Source: Hausera hauseri (lineage: Eukaryota). Taken from it: a DNA stretch of 35,874 nt. A program made the translations under genes and the position numbers. The first letter of the stretch is position 1. The number at the start of each line of letters is the position of its first letter. Positions 19,301 to 26,600 of the stretch are shown piece after piece. The notes under the pieces were generated by a model, which saw only the letters and a list, made by a program, of their open reading frames with translations, had not been told where the DNA came from and ran no database searches. The stretch lies in assembly GCA_046269625.1 (NCBI GenBank), contig JBJURY010555449.1, positions 1 to 35,874 on the forward strand, in the 5' to 3' direction.

Positions 19301-20589
19301 TTACCAATAGCTCGGGGGTGACGGTGATCAAGCAAATCACCGGTACGGGCAGTGCACAGCCCGTGGTATTGACTTCATCCGACGTGAGCAAGCTGAACAA
19401 CGGTTCCATTACCGTAACCACTCAGGTCACCGACAATGCGGGCAATAATGGCACTTCCTCTGTCAGCTTTGTGCTGGATACGGTAACACCCATTCCAACT
19501 ATTTCCAGTGGGCGGCAAGATTTGTCGGCCTCCGGGGCAACCGATGTGGTGTGGTTAAAGTTTGCGGAGCAGGTGCTGAATTTTGACATAGGTGATCTGA
19601 CAGCGGTCGGGGGGACACTTTCCGGGTTTGGTCAGCAGGCGGGTACCAATAATTATTTTGTGACTTTTACCTCATCCGGTGCCAGCAGTCAGGAAGTCCG
19701 GGTAGCCGGTGGGACTGGCTCCTATCAGGATTTGGCCGGCAATGTTCCGCCTGTGCAAGTGTCTCTGACCGGCAATGGCCGGTTTTCGGCCGGACCTGCT
19801 TTGGGAGGCATGATGGTGACGGTGTATGACGAGCATGGGGTGGTTCTGGATCGATCCCTGCTCGATGAACATGGGCGTTATGACATTCATACCGGCAGTT
19901 ATGTAGGCAAGGTGCTGTTGACGTTGACGGATACCAATGGCTCAGCGGTCAATTATCTGGATGAAGCTACTTTGCAGGGTAAAGACCTGGGCAATATGGT
20001 ATTGCGTGCAGCCAGTGTTGTTCGCCCTGGGGAGACACTGGTTGCCAACATTACGCCACTGACAGAACTGGCGGTGCGCGAGGCAGGCTTGTCTGCTGGC
20101 GTAACCGATTTGACGGGTATTTCGGCCCAGGATATTGCCCGTGCCAATGCGGCTACTGCCTGGATATTTCTGGGTGCAATGTCTGACATTACCCGGATGG
20201 ATGCCCGCCTTGTCGTGGATACCTTGGCGCGCCCGGTGGCCGGCGCAAATTCATACGGACAGATTCTGGCCATGCTGTCAGGTATGGATCAGGCACACCA
20301 TGGAGATATGGAAGCGACCCTGAAGCAGTTGAGTGAAATGATGGGTGCTGACGGGTTGTCTGGGAATGCCACACGTGATCCAGCCAAACTGGTGGGCATG
20401 ATTGCAGAAGGATTGGATGCGTATAACGCAGTGGCAAAGCAGCATGGTATGGCCGTGATTTCGCACCAGGTCATAGACGAATTCATAACAAGAGAGACTG
20501 AATGGCATGCGTTGCTGCATGCGATAGATGTTGGGCGAGAAGCAATGCTGACTTCTGTGTACCAGTCGGCATATGGGGTATTGAGTTGA
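7318..20589 (+). CDS. Giant repetitive surface protein / adhesin, ~4423 aa, ~36 Ig-like domains flanked by N- and C-terminal 'TPLTE' domains; paralog of gene 1
   Basis: Uninterrupted 13.3-kb ORF. Start is GTG 7312 or ATG 7318, neither with a strong SD. Same repeat classes as gene 1, including a run of 14 'ALG.GV.DGATS.EA.Q.SGVVTV' domains at ~15070-19485. No Cys seen. Confidence 0.93.
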   Translation: MSDHTGRLSVSHKKEERYAKRTDILLKKSKVAKRGYLPYPEHEVYEAQVVIQELKPAEHDQIPRKLYSQESNQSVASTSQMRPSPEEGFISALGQPTTGVVTTGQFASGYETETTIFGLSRDDLGYIGEFDPVQSSIGLAVWVGMIAAGQIAMAMSGSDSSSAMPAASVTNVTSNTVTAMLGQGPFIGGVLVKVYKVDGSLLTSGVIDSNGKVVLDVGSYNGAVLLVATDDNGTASNYMDEATLTAKDLGNTILRAATVVNVGNTLVYMTVLTELAVRKMGLTSPQSTSLSAVPASSITETNTAIAQLFLNKSADISSVAPNMVVSPTGADNSANANEYGRLLAILSGYDATTASGATAPRGTLTTLNTLETLTSVTNGVANTTDMAQLVDMVNQGLQQFNTSKLQAISQTDPLVTRLLKLSAPQLALGAGVSDGATSSEAVQSTGVVTVNAVSGALLNITLSNGNKTVTKSVTGTGSAAPVVLAASDLDTLGNGTITVRAVAGNTTLQGAATETSFVLDTVAPTVVISSNKQTLLGSTDTTVVTFTFSEPPSKFTQSSVTVSGGQITSPQVLASDAKVYTATLTPDSGSSTSTVSIVAGSYTDAAGNPGGAGAALSWGVIAPPVVTMALGTGVADGATSSEAVQASGVVTVSGNNGGTLTASFVRGSTTLTRTLTANGSAQPLTLDAADLTQLGDGVVSVSATVKDSYGNVSPVTSTTFVLDTVSPVIPTLSLINASLINRVSALSSNGIFTVTSENTSNTNVTLERNGAIVVKSLTGTGSAQPVVLTDADLAVLGNGTVTVSVSSKDAAGNVSNASSGNFVLNAAVPAKPALSLASGYDNWISMDKAGTSLAVVTTGMQAGDRLQLKLSGSDFGTAYTLTQADVTAGKVTLAVAKNTLGSDGIKAFSVVTVDVAGNISPPSDTLDVTLDTQPPTITTTTTVVMSSGSVMIQSSEPVTAYLLSSGFTANSVANITASPSSQWKSAIISTANSPTALNVTGLSEGVYKMYAVDNAGNFASASQTVTIDGKVPTLLITSSKALIPPNDNAVITFAFSENVTGFDLTDVQLNSGSGTLSNFQGSGAQYTATFTMAATPTQIPTITVAKGSYTDLAGNPGEAGVTPVLSYDSTLPRVSITSNVSAVKAGGTALVTFWFSGTTTNFDSSDITVVGGTVTGFTGSADFYTATFVPSANSNLTASISVAANSYTVADRPGIAGLANITVQTQIPNAPSLTLGTGVADGATFAEATQSGGVLLGFATNGTIMTTYTRTGVTPLVKQVTASGASQPLVLTASEVAALGDGLISVSSRVVDAIGNSSAAVETSFNLDTQPPVAPILALGSGVSVGATLGKATQTSGVISVVAESGSTWVVSFKNGTTTINKTLVGTGDVQSVVLTSADVGGSSGLADGNISVSAVTTDAAGNVSQTATTSFMLDTQAPGQPTLQIKAGQSATLNNATRSVDVEIAGTGLMAGGKVQLKLADADFGRAYTVTSADVTAGKVSLNIVKAELGADGVKALSAVLSDMAGNVSVASSVLNLTVTTVTPDKPILAIPAGQNTYFGLNKTSMNLEVTGSNIFVGNQIQLQLAGTNLGAAYTVTANDVAAGKITMSVARSILGSDGIKSVTARVIDTAQNMSAASDPVKLVVDTVAPAQPVLALKAGQSGYVNAASSGMNIDLTNSGLSDGDRIQMKLGGVNIGTVYVVTTPDVAAGKVTINVPKSALGADGNKAITAVITDLAGNVGVESAALNLVLDTVAPNAASLALGNNVNASGVNGNRAVQSSGVVTVSGESGATAWVTFFRSGGGTVTKSVSVTGTGQPQGVVLQSSDVSTLGDGTVLVSTTLVDAAGNTSMSVSTSFWMETNAPNAPVVALGSGVSSGASSSKATQTTGVVTVMADVGSTINVTFTRAGGGRVDKTLTANGSVQAVVLNTSDLATLGEGSIAVSATATSQSGNVSGSSSTGFVLDVTPPSSPLITLGTGVSDGVTASKAVQVSGVVLVTADNNSAVAVTFSRGSNKVVKTLTANGSAQAVSLDSASVLLLGDGTITVTATATDGAGNVSNPQTQSFVLDTQAPSSPSLTLGNGVADGVTSSEAVQTSGVVLVNAEAAAKVQVTFSSGSKTVVKTITATGSAQPVTLTASDLGGTAGLPDGEVTVQATATDVAGNVGSTAVTRFTLDTVAPVAPTLALGSGVSNGANSATATQASGVVTVNAEENSTVLLTFTRSGGTAVNKTVTSTGTMQGVTLTAADLTALGGDGSITVSATARDMAGNLNSAAVGSTTFVLDTQAPTASIVSATAGNVQVSSSEIGTAYLVNSNVVVNSVSSITSAPGTHWKSVTISAANTNTTFPVSGLLDGSYKLYSRDLAGNLSQPTQKLVTIDNTSPTVTIASNKSLVVPNSSAVITFTFSEPVSGFNTSSITVKSGTLTNLASVGQAIDGSYYTAYTATFTTVAAPTEALSVSVTAGSYADSHGNSGLKGDSPALYYDSTAPTVTITSNKSALKAGETALITFTFSQVVTDFTDTDITVTGGTLGALSGSGINYTATFTPSVNYSAASTVSVTAGSYSAASKSGAAGTLKLQVDTVVPDAPTLTLGAGVADGATSSEAVQSGGVMTVVGESAATIKVTFSRAAQSVSKTLTANGSSQPVVLAAGDLTTLGDGTITVQATVTDPSGNVSTSTATNFVLDTAAPATPVLALGTNIAGGATSSEAVQSSGVVTVSAESGAKVLATFSNGSKLVTKTLQGSGSVQAITLSAADLITLTDGTINVQVVVQDMAGNASNASTTFNLMTTPPAAPVLALGSGVSTGATAGKATQDSGVVTVSSASGNVVNTTFSKGGNTVIKSVTANGSAQAVTLTSANLTALGGDGTITVSAAATDPAGNVGSSVTSSFVLDTVAPVSPVLALGTGVSDGATSSEATQESGVITVNAEYLSSVVLTFSRVGGGSVTQTISGTGSAKAVTLSAADLVTLGDGTIAVSATATDIAGNVSQVANTSFVLDTTVPTAPVLSLGSGVNSMVNAAKATQSSGVITVTAESGGAILVTFARSGGGKVTKSLTGTGSTQSVVLTAGDLSTLGDGLVVVNSSVSDASGNISLVSSTKFTLSTVAPATPVLALGSGVSDGATSSEAVQADGVVTVNAVQMAQVSVVFSRSGGGSITKTVTGTGAAQAVTLTASDLSTLGDGQIAVSATATDAADNVSKSATTGFVLDTVSPSQPSLTLASGVGTGASSAEAVSSSGVALISGESGSTLLVTFTNGLRAVTKKLVATGSTQPVVLSASDLVDLTDGTISVSVVAKDSAGNTSPAASTSFLLDTAPPSAPSFILSSAASNGASSAVATQTSGILTVSAESGSTIQVTFARSGGGSVSRTVTGTGYSQAVTLTTSDLTTLGDGTILVQATATDVVGNVSQVANTSFVLDTVAPAAPVLALGTGIANGATSSEAVQSSGVVTVSAENNSRVMVRFVRGLSSVIKLLDGSATTTAVTLDSNDLATLGDGSITVKAIVTDAAGNTSEASTTSFVLDTVAPSTPTIVLGTGVSTGATLNELTQASGVVKVSGGAGGQIQVTFSRAGGGQVVKTLVSTGSTQGVILESSDATTLGDGLISVTASVQDAAGNLSALATTSFTLDTVAPNAPQIALGAGVDAGASSAKATQASGVVTVNAGTGTTVSVTFSNTFNSITRTVIKTVTGTGSDQPVVLTTADIDSNTAGLWNGLVSVKSTAADAAGNVSAVSSSSFTLNTGTPTTPQIALGTGVANGATRSEATQASGVVTLTAQDGTQTSVTFARLNGGQVVKTLTGTNKSQAVTLTDAEVTALGDGTIRVSVISQDTSGNQSASVATNFILDTVPPDNAVLTLGTGVADTANRAEALQSSGVVTVNGESGASILATFTGVKGVVNKTLTGTGKAQAVVLVAADLATLGDGNVTVATTVKDPAGNLSGTPASTTQFTLSATLPSAPVLALGSGVSDGATSGEATQASGVVTVNGNSGLDFQVTFTNSSGVTVIKQITGTGSAQPVVLTSSDVSKLNNGSITVTTQVTDNAGNNGTSSVSFVLDTVTPIPTISSGRQDLSASGATDVVWLKFAEQVLNFDIGDLTAVGGTLSGFGQQAGTNNYFVTFTSSGASSQEVRVAGGTGSYQDLAGNVPPVQVSLTGNGRFSAGPALGGMMVTVYDEHGVVLDRSLLDEHGRYDIHTGSYVGKVLLTLTDTNGSAVNYLDEATLQGKDLGNMVLRAASVVRPGETLVANITPLTELAVREAGLSAGVTDLTGISAQDIARANAATAWIFLGAMSDITRMDARLVVDTLARPVAGANSYGQILAMLSGMDQAHHGDMEATLKQLSEMMGADGLSGNATRDPAKLVGMIAEGLDAYNAVAKQHGMAVISHQVIDEFITRETEWHALLHAIDVGREAMLTSVYQSAYGVLS
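7843..8580 (+). other. N-terminal copy of the bookend domain in gene 2
   Basis: GQGPFIGG..YKVDG..GSYNGAVLL..DDNG..NYMDEATL..DLGNTILR..TVLTELAVRKMGL..IAQLFL..YGRLLAILSG..NQGLQQFN. Confidence 0.8.
15073..19485 (+). repeat. Tandem run of 14 diverged ~104-aa Ig-like repeats in gene 2
   Basis: Period mostly ~309-318 nt (one ~336). Each unit ends in 'F.LDT..P' or a variant; protein-level similarity is obvious, DNA is diverged. Confidence 0.85.
19771..20586 (+). other. C-terminal copy of the bookend domain in gene 2 plus short tail
   Basis: SAGPALGG..YDEHG..GSYVGKVLL..DTNG..NYLDEATL..DLGNMVLR..ITPLTELAVREAGL..YGQILAMLSG..EGLDAYN. Confidence 0.85.
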
Positions 20590-20641
20590 GATATGCCGAA
20601 CAGGGTAGCGGATATAAAACTGGATGTTGAAGATAATAAGT

Positions 20642-20646
20642 GGAGG
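20642..20646 (+). promoter_or_regulatory. Ribosome-binding site of gene 3
   Basis: GGAGG 5 nt upstream of ATG 20652. Confidence 0.75.
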
Positions 20647-20651
20647 CTGAT

Positions 20652-23600
20652 ATGAAAAAGAATAATGACATAGACGTGATGGATAAGGCTGAATTGGCAG
20701 ACCATGAAAAGGCCAAGGCCGTACGTAAGCGCGTAAAGGGATCAGGTGAGCCTCCGGGTGATGCACACCGTGAGGTAGCGCAGGAGGTTGCGGCAAAGCA
20801 GAAGTCCGCGACGGGTTCGCGTAAAAGAAAACGTATCGTTGAGGAAGATGAAGACCAGGTACTGGAGGCAGGCAAGAAACAGGCCTCAGATACCGATGCA
20901 GGGGAAGTCTCCCCTCGTGGGAAATCTGGGGATGAACTGGATCCGAGTGTGCCTGAGTCGGAAGATGCCATGCTGGCCGAAAGCGGCAAAACGACCGTGA
21001 CTCAGGAAAGTTCCAGAAAGGCGGGAGGAAGCTTGGCATTAGACGGTGCTGATGGTGCTCCATTAGTGGCCAGTGCTCCATTAGTGGCCAGTATGTTGCC
21101 CGCCGGGCTGTGGGGCGCTGCACTGACAGCCGGTGTAGCCATTGTTTCTGGTGGGTCATCAGGTGGTGGTACCGCCTCGGGCTCTTCCGGGACGACCCCA
21201 CCCACGACAACGACGCCAACCCCCCAGGGCAATGTTGTCACTGTACAGACTGCAGCAGGACCCTTTACTTCCGGTATTACGATCACGCTCTACAAGGCAG
21301 ATGGGTCTGTACTGGCCACAGGCGCTGCAGACGATAAGGGTAAAATCTCCCTGAATGTTGGCAGCTATTCCGGGGCAATCCTGGTGCAGGTAAAGGATGC
21401 GAATGCTACGGCAGCCAATTACCGCGACGAATCCAGTCGGCAAATGACCGATTTGGGTGCCACGATTCTGCGTGCTGTTGGGGTTGTGGTTCCCGGCACC
21501 ACGCTGATCAATGTAACGCCATTGACAGAAGTGGCCACCCGTCAGGCTGGCTTGACCAATGCTGCCGATACCGGCCTGGCTGCTGCTGGCGTTACCGAGA
21601 CTAAGATCGCCGCTGCCAACAAGGCGGTGGCACAACTCTTTTTGAATAAAGCGGCGGACATCAGCACATTGACCCCAACGCTGACTGTAGATATCAATGG
21701 CAATGCCGTGCCGAATCCTGATACATACGGCAAGGTGCTGGCAGTATTGTCCGGGCATGCTGCACAACCCTCCGCTGGCAGCGCCACGCCCAAAGGGGTG
21801 AGCGCATCCCTGACTGAAATCAGCAATCTGATTTCGGTACCCGGTGGGGGTACGGCAACTGATGTGCAAGCCGTTCCCGGGTTGAGCAAGATAATGGTGC
21901 AAGGTGCCACGCAGTACAACCAGACCGCTGCAGCAACCTCAGCTCCGGTGATCTCCAGTGCGAATGACCCGGATGTGGCACGCCTGCTGGGCGTAGGGTC
22001 TCCGGTCATTGCATTAGGGACGGGAGTGGACGGTGGCGCGACCAGTGCTGAGGCCGTGCAAAACAGCGGTGTGATTACCGTGAATGCTGCATCAGGCTCA
22101 GCGGTGGATGTGATTTTCAGCAATGGAGCCAGAACCATTGTCAAGACAGTCACCGGTAGCGGTTCAGCTTTGCCGGTGTCGTTGACGGGTGCCGATGTGG
22201 CAGTATTGGGCGATGGCACCATCAATGTATCGGCCACCGCCAAAAATGCGGGTAATGCCAGCCCGATAGGCAGTACCAGTTTTGTACTGGATACCGTTGC
22301 GCCTGTGGTCAATGTTACCACCAGCAAGCTGGCGTTGACGGGTAGTGGAGATACCGCACAGATCACTTTTACCTTTAGCGAAAAGCCGGTAGGTTTTGAC
22401 AAAACCAAGCTGTTGATTTCCGGTGGCACCTTGAGCACGCCAACCACTGATGGGAGTGGCCTGGTCTATACTGCCACGCTGACGCAAGATACCAGTGGCA
22501 AGGTTCCCAGTGTGGCCGTTGCTGCAGCCGGCTATACCGATACTGCCGGGAATTCCGGAGGGTTTGGAGCATCGCCTGTTTTCTCGGTTGCCAATGCCCC
22601 TACCGTTTCGGTGACCAGTAGTGCCTCACGGCTCAAGAGTGGCGATACAGCAGTGATTACCTTTAATTTCAGCGAGCCGGTTACCGGTTTTAGTTATACC
22701 AGTATTTATACCTTTGGCGGGGTGATCAGCAATTTGACAGGGTCAGGTGCTTCCTATACGGCAACCTTTACGCCTTTGGCCAACAGTACGGCAAAACCCA
22801 GCATCACGGTACAGGCAAACAGTTATCAAAGTATCTCCGGAAAAATGGGCATGGCCAGCACCAGTCCGGATATGACGGTAGATACGATACCTCCTTCATT
22901 GGTGGTGACCAGTGACAAGACCACATTGAAATCCGGAGACATTGCGAATATAACATTCTCGTTCAGTGAGCCGGTGACTGGCTTTGATGTCAGCAAGGTG
23001 GTGTTGACGGGCGGCGCTTTGTCTTCCTGGGTGGCAGGGAGTGACGGCAAGTCCTACACTGCGGTATTTACGCCCACAGATAAATCAGAAGTCAAAGGCC
23101 AAATCAGCATTGCGGCAAAAAACAGTTATGTGGACGCAGTGGGGAATCCCGGCAATACAGACAGTATATTGCCGCTCACCATTGACACCCTGGTGCCCAA
23201 TGCACCGGTGATTGCTCTGGGTACTGGCGTGAGTGATGGTGCCACACTGGTCAAGGCAACTCAGGCCAGTGGTGTGATTACGGTCGATGCTGAAAAGAAC
23301 GCACAGTTGGTGGTGACGTTCAGCAATGGTGCAGCGCAGGTGGTCCGGGCACTGACCGGCCAGGGTGCAGCCCAGGCGGTTTCGTTATCGGCCAGTGAAA
23401 CAACCTTGCTGGGTGATGGAGTGATCAGTGTCAAGGCTACGGTAACGGATGTTGCGGGTAATGTCAGTCCGGTGACCACGAGCAGCTTCACACTGGATGC
23501 CAGTCCGCCAGCCAAGCCGGTACTGACCATCAAGGCAGGTCAGGATGCGTATATCAACGCCAGCGAAACCGGTGTGGATATTGAAGTGGCCTCTGCCAAT

Positions 23601-26600
23601 ATGGCGGTAGGGGACAAGATACAGTTGAAACTGGCCAGCACCAATCTGGGTACACCGTATACAGTGACTGCCAGTGATGTTGCTGCCGGCAAGGCAACGT
23701 TGAATGTTGCCAGAACCAGTTTGTCTGCCGATGGGCTGAAAACCATCACGGCAGTGATGACGGATAGTGCGGGTAACGTCAGTTCCCCCAGTGATGTGTT
23801 GAGTGTGACCGTAGATAGCGTGCTGCCCGCTGCTCCGGTCTTGGCATTGGGCACTGGAATTGCTGATGGTGCAACCCGTGCAGAAGCAACCCAGACCTCT
23901 GGTGTGGTGACAGTGAAAGCCGAGGCTGGTGCCAGCGTGGTGGTGAGTTTTGCAGGTATTTCTTCTAATGTGGTCAAAACTGTGATTGGTACGGGTGCGG
24001 CGCAACCCGTAGTCTTGAGTGCAAATGACCTGACGACTCTGGGTGAAGGTGCGGTGCAGGTGCAAGTGACGGTTACCGATGCCGCTGGCAATGCGAGCAA
24101 TGCTACGGTGAGCAGCAGTTTTGTGCTGGACACCATTGCACCGGCAGACCCGGTGTTATCGTTGGGTGCCGGCATTGCTGACGGCGCAACCAAAGCCAAG
24201 GCAACCCAGGCTTCCGGTGTGGTATCGGTGAGTGCCGAAGATAAATCCAAAGTGGAAGTGGCGTTCACCAGTGGTGGAAAAACCGTGACCAAAATGGTGA
24301 CAGGAACCGGTGCAGTCCAGGCAGTTACATTGGCTGCTGGTGATCTTGGGGGCGTAAATGGTTTGCCTGATGGCTCGGTGACGGTGAGCGTCAAGGCTAC
24401 CGACGCTGCCGGTAACGTCAGTGCGATAGTCAGCAGTAGTTTTGTGCTGGATACCACCGCGCCCGCGACCCCAACGATTGCATTGGGTGTTGGTGTGGAT
24501 AATGGTGCCAGCCTGTCCGAGGGCACGCAGTCTACTGGTGTGGTGACGGTGAATGCCGAAAACAATGCCACTACCGTGGTGACGTTTGCCGGGGTCTCTG
24601 GCAGTGTGGTCAAAACGATTACCGGCAGCGGTGCCGCACAGCCTGTGGTGTTGCAGAAGTCTGAACTGACGCAGTTGGGAGATGGCACTGTGACGGTGAC
24701 TGCCAAGGCAACCGATGTGGTGGGCAATGTCTCGTCCGTGGCCTCGACCGGATTTTTGCTGGATACCGTGCCGCCTACGGCGACGATCAGCAGTGACAAG
24801 ACCGTGATTGCCGCAGGGACAACGGCTCAGATGACCTTTACCTTCAGTGAAGCTATAACCGGGTTTTCACTGGGGAATGTGCAAACCCAAGGGGGAACGC
24901 TCAGCGGTCTGACGGGTAGTGGCAAAGTGTTCAAGGCCACGTTCACGGCCGACAATACGGACACTGAGCCCAGTGTGGTTCTGGTTGCCAACAGCTATAC
25001 CGATCTGGTGGGCAATCCGGGTGTCGCAGCCAATGCAACGAGTATTACCAAGAACCCCAATGTACCGTCCGTAACGATCAACAGTGACAAGACAGCGCTG
25101 AAGGTGGGTGAAACGGCCGTTTTGACGTTTACTTTCTCCAAGGCGGTCGCCGGATTTGATGCAACGGATATTACCCCTGTCAATGGTACTGTCAGTGGGT
25201 TTACGGCGACCAGCAGCACGGTGTTTACCGCAACATTTACCCCTTCGGTCAAGTTTACGGGTCAAGGTAGCGTATCGGTTGGAGCTGGTAGTTATACCAG
25301 TGCCGATGCCAAGTTCCAGGGTTTGGCTGGTGTTTTCAGCCTGTCGGTAGATACCGACCCACCTGCTGCTCCCGTGATTGATCTGGGCACCGGAGTTTCC
25401 AGTGGAGCCAGCCTTGCCAAGGCAACCCAGTCTTCCGGTGTGGTGACAGTCAATGCCGAAAGCGGCGCCAGTGTTGCCGTTACTTTTGTGGGTACGGCAA
25501 ATCAGCAAGTGATTAAAACGGTGACGGGCGCGGGGGTTAGCACCGCCCAAAAAGTAACGCTGGATGCCTCGGATCTGACCAAACTGGGGGAAGGCGCGGT
25601 GACGGTAACAGCCGTGGCCACTGACCAGGCTGGCAATACCAGTACCTCTGCCAACAACACTTTCAGGCTGGATATTACGCCTCCTTCAGCCTTGACGTTA
25701 GCCTTGGCAAACGATACCGGCGCACTCTCGACGGATGGCATCACCAAAATAGGTACTGTGAATATCAGCGGGCTGGAAACCGGTGCAACCTGGCAATACA
25801 GTACGAATGGCGGTACGAATTGGACAACGGGGTCCAGCACCAGCTTTACCTTGTCTGCGGGCACTTATGCTTCTGGCCAGATACAGGTTCGGCAGGCCGA
25901 TACTGCCGGTAACGTTTCCCAGACCACGGCGATCAACAGTACAGTGGTCGTGGATTTCACGTCACCCAGCTTGACGATTACCAGTGACAAGACAGCACTG
26001 AAGTCGGGAGATACCGCCACCATTACGTTTACGTTCAGCGAGGCTGTATCCGGGTTTGAAGCGAGCAAGGTTGCAGTGAGCGGAGGTACTTTGGGTACCG
26101 TGACGGTCAATAGCAGTGACCCAAAAATCTATACAGCGGTCTTTACCCCGTCTCCCAGCAGCACTTTGACTCCCAGCATTACCGTATCGTCCGGCAGCTA
26201 CACCGATATTGCCGGTAACAATGGGCTGGCCGCAACCGGTCCGACAATCAAGGTGGATACAAAGGCACCTGATGCGGTAGATTTGGCTGCGATTTCCGGC
26301 ACACAAGCTGTGGCGAGTATTTCGATGAATGTGGCGGAATCGGCCAGTGGCAAGACCATTGCGCCGGATGTGCAGCCTCCGGCAGCAACGGATATTGTCG
26401 CGATCAGAGTGGCAATGGGTGGTGGTTTTGACAGCGCCAACGACAAGCTGGTGCTCGATGCCGATGTGGCGCTGGGCAGCAATGTGGCCAAACTTTCTGG
26501 CAAGACCATCGGTGGGGTTTCCGGGGTGAGCTATGAATATAGCAGTGTGGACAAGACGCTCACCTTGAGCAGTACCAGTGGTGCTGCGTTTACACCAGCG

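Noticed and set aside
20820-20834. RKRKR NLS-like basic patch in gene 3
   Set aside because: Part of a generally charged low-complexity tail; nothing suggests delivery to a eukaryotic host.
21249-21263. TAAGP resembling the LapG cleavage motif of LapA (also VAAGP in gene 1)
   Set aside because: It aligns with the conserved first-strand GP motif of the bookend domain (GQGP, TAGP, SAGP in other copies) and no LapA-type retention domain precedes it; probably coincidental.
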